A DNA stretch of 63,995 bases, counting the filler, from Phoronis australis (taxonomy: Eukaryota; Animalia; Phoronida), in the NCBI GenBank assembly GCA_002633005.1. It is 4 parts of 4 records of this genome, joined end to end, with 100 filler letters (N's around TTAATTAATTAA, not from the genome) between each part and the next. Parts side by side here need not be neighbours in the genome. Positions count along the whole stretch, not along the records: positions 7,490 to 32,787 come from NMRA01001350.1; positions 32,888 to 41,536 come from NMRA01000465.1; 2 more parts are not named here. One strand, 5' to 3'. Below, piece by piece: positions 25,839-37,693 of this stretch. Numbering within the stretch: position 1 is the first letter of the stretch; the number at the start of each line of letters is the position of its first letter. The position numbers and the translations under genes were made by a program. Below the pieces are notes generated by a model that worked only from the letters and a program-made list of their open reading frames with translations, was not told the origin of the DNA and ran no database searches.

Positions 25839-25922
25839 GCCAATAACCTGTAGATGCGGGTATTTATTCTTCAACGTTTGGATCATCTTGATTTGGAATA
25901 CAGAATTACCCTGAGAAGAGTC
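25832..25922 (-). CDS. IMPDH: IMP dehydrogenase exon (91 nt): [30 protein letters not shown]
   Basis: Contains the DSSQGNS and IGGN motifs. CAG acceptor, GTAAGC donor, phase 0 to 1. Confidence 0.97.
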
Positions 25923-27387
25923 CTGGAAATCCAGAGAAATAATGGAATTAAATTTACAAAAAAACTAAATATTCTTACCGGTGAAAGCATTAATAACAAA
26001 ATGTCAGTCGGCAGTTTCAGGTAGTCTGTTTCAGCTTGCACCGTCCATGTCCAGAGTCTAAATTTGACTATTTAATACTACAAGCTAAATAGCATAGCAA
26101 GGCAAAAACTCTCCAAGACTGCTTGACAGATTGTAGCAAACTATATGCCCCAAGAACAGTGCTCCAGGACTCGATTAATAGACTTTCGGCATAAAAGTGA
26201 ACTTAGTTAGATCCTTTTTTGCAAGCCTTCGACTTGGAGCAACTAAACAATAACTCATCACCGTTTCAATTTTCAAAAAGATGCAAAGACCAGAACCAAT
26301 TTATGGCCTAATAGTTAGTTGCATCTTCGTGTGTGTGTATCCGTGTGTATCCCGGTTATCTGGACAAAAACTTTGACAAACTGAGATCAGAGTAACAGGA
26401 GTCATTTTTATTGCTGCTTTTCATCGCAAAAAAAAACAGTTACGCAGTCTTTTAATATACTTCACCTGCTTTGGGGGGGGGGGTTCAACATGTTTTAACG
26501 ATGTCACTAAGCGATACTAAAACATTCAACTTTTGCCTTTCAGCATCACAATTTTTAAAACATCAAAGTGTACGCTACCAGCAAGCCCAGACCTCTTCCC
26601 TCCAGAGTGTGAAATAGTGATAGTAAATGGTCTCATAGTCTGTTGGGCCTATATTCCCTCACCCGACCTAATTGTGGAATACATCAAGTTTTGTTGAAAA
26701 AACGTAATTGGCATCTAATTTTTTTCACTTCAATCGCAAATATCTCCATTCGTGTTTTTGGCATACCTACTTCAGGGTTTTACTATTTCTTTGTCACAAG
26801 TCAAGCACTTATCAACATTTTGTGTACTCATTAGTCATCGCTGCCTTGAAGAAGAATCGCATGCCAAGATTTTTCTTGTATTATAATTCTTTATTCAAGT
26901 TAATCACCAACTGTTAAGGTTATGAGAATAGCTGCCACTTGTCTTTTAAATATGGCAGAGTAAAGTTATTGAAATACAAAAACCAAGCGTAATACTTTTT
27001 ATAACTTTGTTTATGTTGTACAATGTAAGTGTTTCAAAAATATATTGACAATTTCAAGTCATAAAAAATAAAAAAGATGATCCAAAAGATTGTACATTTT
27101 CAATTATTGCTTAAAACACTATAACGGTTTAAGAAACGTTTACTTAACTCTGTTTGATTAAGACAGCTAAACAAAACAAATCCTTAGGCCTTAACACGGA
27201 CTGCTAGACTACCCAAGGTTCAACAACCAATTTCACAATTCCCAGCAAACACCATATGAGGTCGATGCCTCGATTTCAGAGGACTAACTGGAAGCCTTTG
27301 AGAGGAATGGGTCAATATATTGTGTATGTGTAACAACCAAATCAGAACCTAAGTCTTTATTTTCCATTTTATTGAGGTTCTACTAAC

Positions 27388-27484
27388 CAGCACTACTGCA
27401 TCCACACCAGCCTGTACAAGTAGCTCCACACGGTGGTAGTCATCCTGATGAGTGCCCACAGCTGCACCAACCAACAGCTGCTTC
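27388..27484 (-). CDS. IMPDH: IMP dehydrogenase exon (97 nt): [32 protein letters not shown]
   Basis: Contains the LLVGAAVGT and AGVD motifs. CAG acceptor, GTTAGT donor, phase 2 to 0. Confidence 0.96.
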
Positions 27485-28339
27485 CTGAAAAAGGGATATT
27501 ACCACAATGTGATGTCATCAGCAGAATCTTTATCAGGTACTCAAAAGGTGACGCAGGGCACACGTTTCTTGGTATCGACAAATAACCAAGGTATAAAATT
27601 GTAGTCTCATAATAAATGGACCAGGACAAATGTACTGCCAGCCAGCTGTGTATTACAGTAGAGAGAAATTAATGGAACAAAGTTGTATTGTGACAAATAG
27701 AGAAGGAAGTATTAAAACTTTTATGAGGAGTTGTATCGTAAGTAAAGCAAATATAGCATATGGCATTTAGTTGTTATCCCAGCACATTGACTAAACTTTG
27801 AGAATGCAAATATGTTTCAACGTTTTCTTATACCCAAAAATGTGATCATACCATTTCAAACTTTTGTCAATCCAAACTCAAACTTGCTTAAATGTCTTAA
27901 TATTTTTGACAGTTTTCCCTTAAATTGAAGGTGTACTCTGACTTAGGCAAGCATTTAATGAGAACCCTTTGTTATTAATTTAGCTTTCACAGAGTATTTG
28001 ATATGGGAGACCCACTGGCTAACATTTTAGAGTTCCACAGACTGGAAGTTGTCAATACTTTGAGGCGTAACGAAATCTGCTGTCATCAGTAAATATTGCA
28101 ATATTGATTTTGTGACAAACTGCGATATATCATAAAGTAAGATAGATAATTCATAAACCAGTCCCCGACTTCCTCCTTGGATACACCAAAATTGCACAAC
28201 TTTCTTGAGAGAAAATCATCGTTGACCGTATCAGAGATTTGCATGGATGTTCATACTCTGCATTCTCGCTCTGGCAGTTTTTTTGTTAAAGATTAAGTTC
28301 TTTCCAGTCCTTGTAAGGCCATCATATCTTAACTGTACT

Positions 28340-28609
28340 NNNNNNNNNNNNNNNNNNNNNNNNNNNNNNNNNNNNNNNNNNNNNNNNNNNNNNNNNNNNN
28401 NNNNNNNNNNNNNNNNNNNNNNNNNNNNNNNNNNNNNNNNNNNNNNNNNNNNNNNNNNNNNNNNNNNNNNNNNNNNNNNNNNNNNNNNNNNNNNNNNNNN
28501 NNNNNNNNNNNNNNNNNNNNNNNNNNNNNNNNNNNNNNNNNNNNNNNNNNNNNNNNNNNNNNNNNNNNNNNNNNNNNNNNNNNNNNNNNNNNNNNNNNNN
28601 NNNNNNNNN
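28340..28609. other. Assembly gap (270 N)
   Basis: N run inside an IMPDH intron, adjacent to a simple repeat. Confidence 0.95.
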
Positions 28610-28672
28610 ATGTAGTTAATGTAGTTAATGTAGTTAATGTAGTTAATGTAGTTAATGTAGTTAATGTAGTTA
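28610..28672. repeat. (ATGTAGTTA)n repeat, 7 visible copies
   Basis: Perfect 9-mer repeat running into the gap. Confidence 0.95.
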
Positions 28673-28683
28673 CTAAATATTAC

Positions 28684-28786
28684 TTCTCATCCTTTGAGGC
28701 AAGAGGGAATTCTCGATTCTTCTTAAGATCTGTCCTTGCAATGATGGAAACTAATTCCCCCTTCTCATTGACGATAGGTAATTTAC
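28684..28786 (-). CDS. IMPDH: IMP dehydrogenase exon (103 nt, end of CBS domain): [35 protein letters not shown]
   Basis: Contains the [15 protein letters not shown] and PLASKD motifs. CAG acceptor, GT donor, phase 1 to 2. Confidence 0.97.
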
Positions 28787-31063
28787 CTGTCAAAACAGAA
28801 AAACAGTGAAAATGCACACGTGAATGAAATATTACGTCATAAAACATACAGTAACTAGAAACTGCTTGCCAAATTCTAAACAACATCTGTACGATGTGCC
28901 AAGAAATCATTACCGTCTATCGTTAACATTTTTCAAATAATCATTAACAACTCATTAAAATCCAACTGATCATAAACGTGTTGCATTTACGGCTTCATAA
29001 TGAAGCATTTATCTGATCTTATCTTTATAAAATAAAAAAAAGGAATGCAGTTCACTAATATACGCCCACATTGTGCATAGCATACAGCGCATATACAAGG
29101 GAAGACTATTAATTTCAACAGTCCTACTCAAGGGAATAATCAGGGACGCAACTAGGCTTTGAAAAATGGGGGGCCCAAATTCGTGACAATGATGAGTCGC
29201 GCAAAGCACGATTCTTAGGCACTGAAGGGGGAGGTCGAGAGGAGGTTTCCCCTCAGGGAAAAATGGAATTCGTATAAAAGATTATTTATCCTTGCATTTT
29301 AGCACACTGCTTGCATGTTTTTTTTCTTATTCAAATGACGGCATAAGAAGGAAACTAAACAAACATAAAAAGGGTTTCCTCTATTCAAGATGTGTGCATT
29401 GTCACCAGACTGCAGAAAAATAGAGATGTGTCTTTTTTGCAAGATAATCTGTGTAGAGTGGTGGGTTGAGACAAATAATTCACAGCATGACTTCAGAACT
29501 CAATGTATCTTGAAGCTCTCAAAAGAACAGATGTGTATTACTTTATCGCAGCTGAACAAGATAATTTAATCTTATGAGAAAACAATGAAGTTGTATTCGA
29601 AAGGACAGGGAAGAAATATATCCTTGAGTACACGTGTTTGTCAACGTTTCATTCCACCACACAGAACTGCAATTCAAAAGCCTACAGTGAACAAGAGAAC
29701 ACATATCCTTAATCCATTCACAACTTAGGCTAATCAGCACTCAACACAGGTGAAAATCTACACTCGAAAATATGAGTGACGCCATATTTGTATTCGTGCT
29801 TGTATTCCCTGATTTGGCGGCTAAAAACAAGTCGGGTTTGAAATTGGTGCTCGTATATTTGCTTTGGCCACTTGTATTTCCAAGTGTTTTACTTGCAATT
29901 TGGAGTCGCCTGGAGTTAGACTACGGATGTCGCCAAAACATTGTGTTTTGAGTATCATCTACAGCGCATTATACATGAACACTTCGTTAAAATTGACTTA
30001 CCAGACACAAAGTCAACCACAGTCTTTCATATGCTACAAATTTATTATTAAAAAAAATTTTTGTTCTCTCGCACTTTTAAGAGCGGATTCCCGGTCTGCT
30101 TCACAGCCGAAGTGACAGAGATCGTGCATGCGACTAGCTGACCTATTTTTTTTCCACATATGCCACTCTGCGGCATAGAAGCAAACACTCAAATCACCCA
30201 ATTTGATGGAATTCTGCACTACATTGAAATATTTTGAGGCTTTTAATTTCATGCAAAGTTAGTCAATGAATATGTAACCAATATTGGCCACACTTTTTTT
30301 CTTGTGAAGTTCACACTGAATCATTCTCATGCATCAATATAAATCATTCAGCATGGGTGGACTTTTTTCACACAAGTTTTTTATTCATTTGTTAGAGTGG
30401 CAGCGGAACAGCGCAAACAAAGTGAGGAAGTTTGCATTTAGTTTTATCTGGTTTGCATGCTCAACGACGTTGAAGACATTTGTACGGCAAGTCAGTCCTA
30501 GAATTTTGGTGGGTATGATCATTTTTTCAACATGTATTTTCTCCTATTTCAAGTTGGCTGCTCTGTCGAATACTTAGTGCCGATTTAAATTCCACATCCG
30601 CAACTAGCATTAAGAGTGCGGCATATCCTTTTGAGCTTTGGCTCTGTGTACTTCAATTTCAAAGATTGAGAGTCCACGTACCGGTTGTTAGTGCTTGATG
30701 CAACATTTCTTGAAACTCGCCACATGCGTGGAATTCCGTTTGAGGTCACCCTAATGTCGCAGAACTGGGAGGTATTCCCCTAAAAACATGGCTGCCAGTA
30801 TTTGCCGATCATCATTGTGATATTTATGGTAGGAATTCATGGCAGTAGTCTTTAATCACGAGTTATCTCTGAATATTTATCGAACTAAAACAATGGATTG
30901 TAAGTTACAATAAAACTTATTAATCAGAAATTTTAAAATTCTTCGTTTAGACATTGTTTTCGCCGAGGTTGTCTTGAAACGAGCAGTCTTTTTTCTGTCT
31001 TGGCTGTCATTCATTAAACTGACAGTACCAATGACGGCTGCTAAACGAGCCAATCTTATTTAC

Positions 31064-31151
31064 CTTTTTTGCTTTTTTGCAGTATTGAATTAGCCTCATG
31101 GAGCGTGACGTCTGCCGCAGCCACAATCAAGTCCTCCCGTTTCGTCATAAC
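31064..31151 (-). CDS. IMPDH: IMP dehydrogenase exon (88 nt, CBS2): [29 protein letters not shown]
   Basis: Matches the metazoan IMPDH pattern MTKREDLVVA..TL.EAN.ILQ.SKKG. CAG acceptor, GTAAAT donor, phase 0 to 1. Confidence 0.96.
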
Positions 31152-31329
31152 CTGAGACAATACAATAAGAATTTCGCATGAATCTAAACAGCTTGATGTA
31201 CTAACACTTAAAACCGACAACATAGAGTATCGATATGCAACCACTGTATGCATTTCATATAGCAAAGATACAGGAATGATCATTATATCTAAACAATTTT
31301 GGTGGAGGGCGTAATACTAGAGCTGGCAA

Positions 31330-31710
31330 CCAAAAAATAAAATTGCCACTAGGGGGCAGCACATCACAGTTAGCTGTCCCATAACTATCTTTTACATACA
31401 TGGTTTCATATACAAAGGGAATGGCGACTACAAAAAATAAATTGTCACAATAACCTGAATCATCGGAAATTAAACAAGTGACATTCATTCATTGATACAA
31501 AGAAGGCAACACATTTGCAAAATTTTATAAAGATCCATCACAGGACACAGAATACATTGAAACAGATGCACGTAAGGATATGCCATATAAGTCGCATCCA
31601 TCCATCCAACAATCAACGCCACCTGGGCTCTCCTCAATACCAGCATATTTATGAGTCAATTTGCAAAACTTCAAGAAGAGCCATCAAGTCTAGAGATGAC
31701 ATTTAGTGAA
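31330..31710. mobile_element. Degraded fragment of the HINE-like repeat family
   Basis: Contains AAAATTGCCACTAGGGGGCA and AAAGATCC-type motifs, as in 20406-21931. Confidence 0.5.
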
Positions 31711-32787
31711 AATATTTTAAACAACAATGAAACATTCGAACTACCAACTTTTGTCAAAAAATCTGAACATTAAAGTGCTATCTGCACATCTCAAATTAGT
31801 CTTTTACCTGCTTCAAAAATCCAATTTGTGCAGATTTGTATTACTGAGCAATTATTAGTATTGCTTAGTCAAACTCTATGCATAGGAACAGTCATAGTAA
31901 AATGGTAATAACATCTCATTGTAACTTTGCAGTATATGAAGCAAAAACTGTGCAGGAAATCACTGCTAAATGACCGTTGCTGTCAATCAAAAATGAACTG
32001 TCACAAAAAATTGCTCTACATGTGACATGTGACAATTTATGTACAATTACAACACGTGACAACTAATAACTTGAAAAACACGCAGCAGCTAGAGTATAGC
32101 AGTAATTCTCCACTCATTTCGCACAAAATTAGAGCCAAATCTATTCAAAGGCTACTGCAAGCAACAGAGACTTGACCATATGTTGTTTCACGACACCTGC
32201 TGAGTACACACCATGTCAAACTAATGTTAACTTGATATTTATTTTTGCAGAGAAATTTGATTACATAGTACACTCATATTATGTGCTAAATATGTGAAGA
32301 ATCCATAGTTTCAAAAATAATGCTGTGATTAGGAATGATAATTCTGATTCTAAACACATTTAAATGCATATCACAAAAATGTTGCATAAGTAACAACAAA
32401 CAGGCATTTTAACAAGATTTACGAAACATGAAACAAAACTCAATGGTTTCACAAACGATAGCAACGCGAAGCGTTGACATGCTCCACAATGCATCGCAAA
32501 TGGTATGCCTCCAAGAGTACTCAATCAGCTTCATTGTAAAGTGCAATAATACAACAGTAATTTGACCATTAAGAGAGCCAGTGGATTGCCTTCTCATACC
32601 TCGGAGCCAAGTTTCCTTGAAATCGATTATTCAGTTTTTTAGACACCATCCCCAAACGCTCTTTCCCACAACACTTAAAAAAACTCTTGTCGACAACAAA
32701 GTGGTGAAATGCTGCAGTGGTTAAATCTGCCCAAAAATCAAGTAGTGTTGTTGTGCTTGCGCATTGTCATCATCCATCCCTCTAGTG

Positions 32788-32887
32788 NNNNNNNNNNNNN
32801 NNNNNNNNNNNNNNNNNNNNNNNNNNNNNNNTTAATTAATTAANNNNNNNNNNNNNNNNNNNNNNNNNNNNNNNNNNNNNNNNNNNN
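32788..32887. other. Assembly gap with TTAATTAATTAA linker
   Basis: 44 N + linker + 44 N. Confidence 0.95.
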
Positions 32888-35384
32888 CACTCTTGATCTT
32901 TCTTTTGTTCCTCTTGCATATTCATTTCTAACTTAGGCATTTGCAACTCAGAGGTAAAATTAGGTATTGAAGGACTCTCCATTTCGTGAGATTTAGGATC
33001 AATCCTGCTGTTATCTACTACATTAACTTGTGCTATCGGAGCCTGGACCTCAAAAGTCCTATCGTCTATGTCGAGGGTTTCCTCGTCAATCGCATTATCA
33101 TCGTTGGAGGGCGCTCTGCTCAACAGGTCAGCGATCGTGTTATCCTTGCCCGGAATATGCTTAATTTCAACATCATAAGCCGAGATAAGTACCGACCATT
33201 GCGCCACTTTCTTATTTTGTATGTCGCTTTTAAGCAAATAAATGAGAGGCATATGGTCCGTGAAAAGCGTGATTTTGGAATTGTAAATGTAGTGTTCAAA
33301 TTTCTTAAGGGCCATCAATACTGCGAAACATTCCTTTTCAATGGTTGCCCAACGCTTTTGTGTATCAGTCAATTTTTGTGACATAAAGTAGATAGGTTTT
33401 TCAACATCTTCCTCTTGACACTTTTGTACCAAACAGGCCCCAATTGCAAAATCACTCGCATCGGTGTAGATGATATAACTCAATTTGGGATCAGGATAAT
33501 TTAGCATCGGAACTGCGGAAAGGTGTTCTTTGATAAATTTGAAAGCGTTTTCACATTCAGGTGTTCATTTAAATCTGGCATACTTCTTGGTCAGTTCAGT
33601 CAATGGAGTCATAATGCCCGCCAAGTTAGGAATAAACCTTCGATAATAGGACAGGATTCCTTGTAGTGCCCTTACTTCTTTCACCGAGTCTGGTCGTTTC
33701 ATTGATCTAATAGCCGAAATTTTGGCTGGGTCTGGGCGGATCCCTTCTTTATCTACTATGAAGCCCAGATAGTTCGTTTGAGGCTTAAGAAATTGGCATT
33801 TGGACAAATTCAACTTCAAATTATGTTCTCTGAGACGTTGGAAAACAATTTTCAGATGTTCAACGTGTTCAGTGACACTTTTACTGTAAATAATGCAATC
33901 ATCGATATAGGCCCGAGCAAAAGGAAGTCCTTCTAAAACGATTGACATAAGTTCTTGGAAGAAACTGGGACTATTGCAAAGTCCAAATGGCATAACTTGA
34001 AATTGGTAAAGATTGTGACCAGTTGAAAATCCCGGAGAGAAAGCGGTCTTTTCTTTGTCATCNGACGTTGGAAAACAATTTTCAGATGTTCAACGTGTTC
34101 AGCGACACTTTTACTGTAAATAATGCAATCATCGATATAGGCCCGAGCAAAAGGAAGTCCTTCTAAAACGATTGACATAAGTTCTTGGAAAAAACTGGGA
34201 CTATTGCAAAGTCCGAATGGCATAACTTGAAATTGGTAAAGATTGTGACCAGTTGAAAATCCCGGAGAGAAGGCGGTCTTTTCTTTATCATCAGGGTGCA
34301 TTTGAATCTGCCAGAAACCACTACGTAAGTCCAATGAACTATAAATACTTGAACCCCTAAGATCGTTCAATATGTCATCGATTTTTGGTAGAAAAAACGA
34401 ATAACCTTTAGTTACGCTGTTTAGTTTCCTATAGTCTACACAAAACCTTACGCTACCATCCTTTTTGGTTACTAATACTATAGGTGAGCAAAAGTTGGAT
34501 CTAGATGGTTCTATGACCTTCGCAGTAAGCATTTTACCCACCGCTTCTTTAGCTATTTGTTGTTTTGCTATCGGAAGCCGATAAGGCCTCTGTTTGACAA
34601 CCGTGCCGTCCGGCACGTCTATGCGCATTTGTACCGTGTTTGTTTTCCCCAAATCGAGATCAGTTGCTGCGAAAACATCGCTATTCTGCTTTAATAACGT
34701 TTTCACTAAGCTAGCATACTCATCAGGTGTATCAATATCAGATAAGTCCAACGTTTGTTTACTAGCCGACTGGGCTGATGTTGATCTATCTAACACATTC
34801 ACAATATTTGCATTACTTAGTTCTTCAACCTGTCCTACCGCAACTCCTCGTTTTATCTTGATATATCGGCCAGAATTATTGATTATTTCCACCGGGAATT
34901 TTCCGGCTTTGCCCGGCTTTACTACTGCGTTCGAAACTGATAAACCAGGTTCTGCATTTAGAAATCCGGTTGTCAAAGGTGACACCTGGAATATTTGTTG
35001 TCTTTTGCTACCCCTGGCGGCGCAGCTTCTGGCACGACATACAACCTTGGAATAAGGTTTAACTATAATTTCTTTGATTATTCTAACATAAGATTTAACC
35101 AGCGAATCTTGAATTAAGGGTGTGTAAAATTCTTTTATTCGTAACATTCTGAGATCAAAGTAGACACGACAATTATTTTTATGAAGAAAGTCTTTTCCAA
35201 TTATCATTCTTCGATTTACATCTCGAATCACCACAAATTCATGCTTGAGAATATTGTTTCCGATTTTTAAGCTTAACAGGACACAAGCGAGGACATTCAA
35301 ACGTTGATTATTCGCTGTCTGAACTACAGGTTTTCGATCAACTATTTCTACCAAATCTTTTCTTTTAAGTTCTTCAAATGTAAC
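32888..35384 (-). mobile_element. Ty3/Gypsy pol fragment (protease tail, spacer, RT, RNase H)
   Basis: Motifs include IIGKDFL, QRPYR, SPIVLVTKKDGSVRFCVDYRKLN, LDLRSGFWQI, MPFGLCNSP, YIDD, YTDAS, KECFA, TDHMPL and NTIADLLSR. There is a premature TGA at 33565-33567 and an overlap duplication around N34063. Confidence 0.96.
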
Positions 35385-35635
35385 NNNNNNNNNNNNNNNN
35401 NNNNNNNNNNNNNNNNNNNNNNNNNNNNNNNNNNNNNNNNNNNNNNNNNNNNNNNNNNNNNNNNNNNNNNNNNNNNNNNNNNNNNNNNNNNNNNNNNNNN
35501 NNNNNNNNNNNNNNNNNNNNNNNNNNNNNNNNNNNNNNNNNNNNNNNNNNNNNNNNNNNNNNNNNNNNNNNNNNNNNNNNNNNNNNNNNNNNNNNNNNNN
35601 NNNNNNNNNNNNNNNNNNNNNNNNNNNNNNNNNNN

Positions 35636-36405
35636 TCGGGAGACAACCCCGTCCTTAATATTCAAATAAATTCAAGTATAAGTATGATACTAATTAAATG
35701 GTTCTGATGAAATCTGAAACCTTAATTACTTATCGACCGTTCCTAAATGTTTCTAACATCATGCGACACAAATCTAAATAAGCCGCGGAGGAATTTTGGG
35801 TCGTTTTTCTGCACTTTCGGCTTCTCCTTTTGTCCAATCGCGCGAGGACGTTCACATCCATGGCATTATCGTCTGGTCGTGGTCCCATGGCGGTGTCCAT
35901 ATCTGTCTCATCCGACAACATAGACTGTTCATCATTTGGTGAAGAGGGGGCAAGTGAAGACGTTGGCTCAGACGAAGCCAGCGCCTCAGATGGAGGATCC
36001 AGGGACCCCATCATCTGAAAATCTCCTGAGAAAACGGGGATATTTGACGCCAGTGACGTTTCGCTCATGGAATTCATAGCATCGGTAACATTTCTGGTAA
36101 AATTACCAGCAAGTCCCGTTAAAAACTCGGCTAAATCTACAGTAGCTTGTTGCTGCTGTGCCATACTGCTCAGTGATCAGACTATGCTAACTTCTAAACT
36201 ATTCAGATATTTATTCTCGTTCACGAGAAAGTCAGTCACAAAACCCAAACACCGGGTACTTAAATCCGGCCGCAAGGCACCAAAAAGGACTCGTGTGGTG
36301 TAATGAATCGTGTTGCGGCCAACAGATGGCGTGGTAGTAATTAAAACAACACACGAATACCTCAACCAATAAAATACGTCTATTAATTTGCAGCGTTGTG
36401 ATTAA
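35636..36405 (-). mobile_element. Gypsy-like 5' region: putative LTR end, PBS and gag start
   Basis: On the minus strand, ...CATTACA is followed by TGGTGCCTTGCGGCCGGAT (36264-36282, PBS-like). The ORF at 35730-36164 contains a gag-like IPVFSGD. Confidence 0.5.
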
Positions 36406-36406
36406 N

Positions 36407-36992
36407 TCGCGAGTTGTGGCCAGTACAGTGACTGGAGCCAGTGGAGGTACTTCATCTGCTGTCACCCGTGCCTCCGAACGTATCCCAGAGCGTGCAATTC
36501 CTGGAACCAGTAGTGATTCGCCCTGTGCTGTTTTCTCCAGCCCAGAGCCTCTAAGCAGCCCTGCAGCGATATTGAGTAGTGGGAGAGATTACAGGCTCAG
36601 TTCGACACCCAGTGAAGAGAACAGTTTGTCGTCCAGTGAACAGATCGATGAGCCAAACTTTGATTAGTTTATTGTGGACTTGTATTGGAGCTATTTAGAA
36701 GGTGACAGGTGTGTGGCGAGGGAGTCACACGACACGATGTAAGCAGTTAGGGTGCTCAGGTCACCATCCAGTGGGAGTGTGTCGCGGGACACTCTGGCAA
36801 GTGGGACAGTTGTTCCTCTGTCCGTGGTATGCCGGAGGTCCACTTAACCATGTCCAGTAGTGGCTTGGCCTCGTCGAACTCTGAACAGCACAAGCATCCC
36901 ATTGACGTAGGCATGACAACGCACACAGTGCATTTGCACCAAGATTTGTCACCACGTCTGTCCTCAGTAGCCGCCTCGTTTCTCTCAACAGC
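36407..36992 (+). pseudogene. Degraded Kolobok-like transposase fragment
   Basis: Reads EPNFD.FIV...ELFRR..VCGEGV...GAQVTIQWECVAGHSGKWDS...GMPEVHL across frameshifts. It is homologous to the core of the TIR element at 49869-50771 and is bounded by single Ns. Confidence 0.55.
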
Positions 36993-37074
36993 NAAGTATG
37001 CATATCCCCTGGGAATAATTTAAGACATGCTTGCATGCACGTGGGAAACAGTGCCTCATTATATTACAATATAT

Positions 37075-37392
37075 AAGTTAAAATGGAGGCCACTAAATAA
37101 GGTTTGAGATATACATTAGTTAGAATGGAGGCCACTAAATAAGGTTTGAGATATACAAGTTAGAATGGAGGCCACTAAACAAGGTTTGACATATATAAGT
37201 TAAAATGGAGGCCACTAAATAAGGTTTGAAATATACAATTTAGAATGGAGGCCACTAAATAAAGTTTGACATTATATAAGTTAAAATGGAGGCCACAAAA
37301 TAAGGTTTGAGATATACAAGTTAGAATGGAGACCACTAAATAAGGTTTGACATATATAAGTTAAAATGGAGGCCAATAAACAAGGTTTGACA
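37075..37392. repeat. ~41-bp minisatellite, about 8 copies
   Basis: Units are AAGTTA(A/G)AATGGAGGCCACTAAATAAGGTTTGA(G/C)ATATA. Confidence 0.93.
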
Positions 37393-37502
37393 CAACCCTA
37401 ACACCCAAACTGTGTTGTTGAAAAATTCCTGAGACCAAAACAGTATAATTGGTTTTAGTCTCTTTATTTGAAAATCGAGTCGGTGGAGCAGAATTTTCAG
37501 CT

Positions 37503-37692
37503 CAACATAAGTCATAATAGCAAAACAGTGTACAACGTAAGTCATAATAGCAAAACGTACAACGTAAGTCATAATAGCAAAACGTTGTACAACGTAAGTC
37601 ATAATAGCAAAACGTTGTACAACATAAGTCATAATAGCAAAACGTTGTACAACGTAAGTCATAATAACAAAATGTTGTACAACATAACTCAT
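37503..37692. repeat. 30-bp minisatellite, about 6 copies
   Basis: Units are AACGTAAGTCATAATAGCAAAACGTTGTAC. This repeat produces the repetitive ORFs at 37336-37719 and 37468-37767. Confidence 0.93.
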
Positions 37693-37693
37693 A

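Noticed and set aside
29141-30800. Decayed hAT transposon in an IMPDH intron
   Set aside because: A CAGGGACGCAACTAGG end is visible, but I could not find the partner TIR, a TSD or convincing transposase motifs.
32598-32630. Upstream IMPDH exon end (IDF...|GTATGA)
   Set aside because: The IDF match is isolated, the preceding sequence does not encode GIPIT..LVG..SRD, and the phase does not fit.
32986-35055. Plus-strand ORFs 32986-33381 and 34594-35055
   Set aside because: These are antisense shadows of Gypsy pol.
28247-35669. ORFs containing long X runs (28247-28615 and 35304-35669)
   Set aside because: They are artefacts of translating through N gaps.
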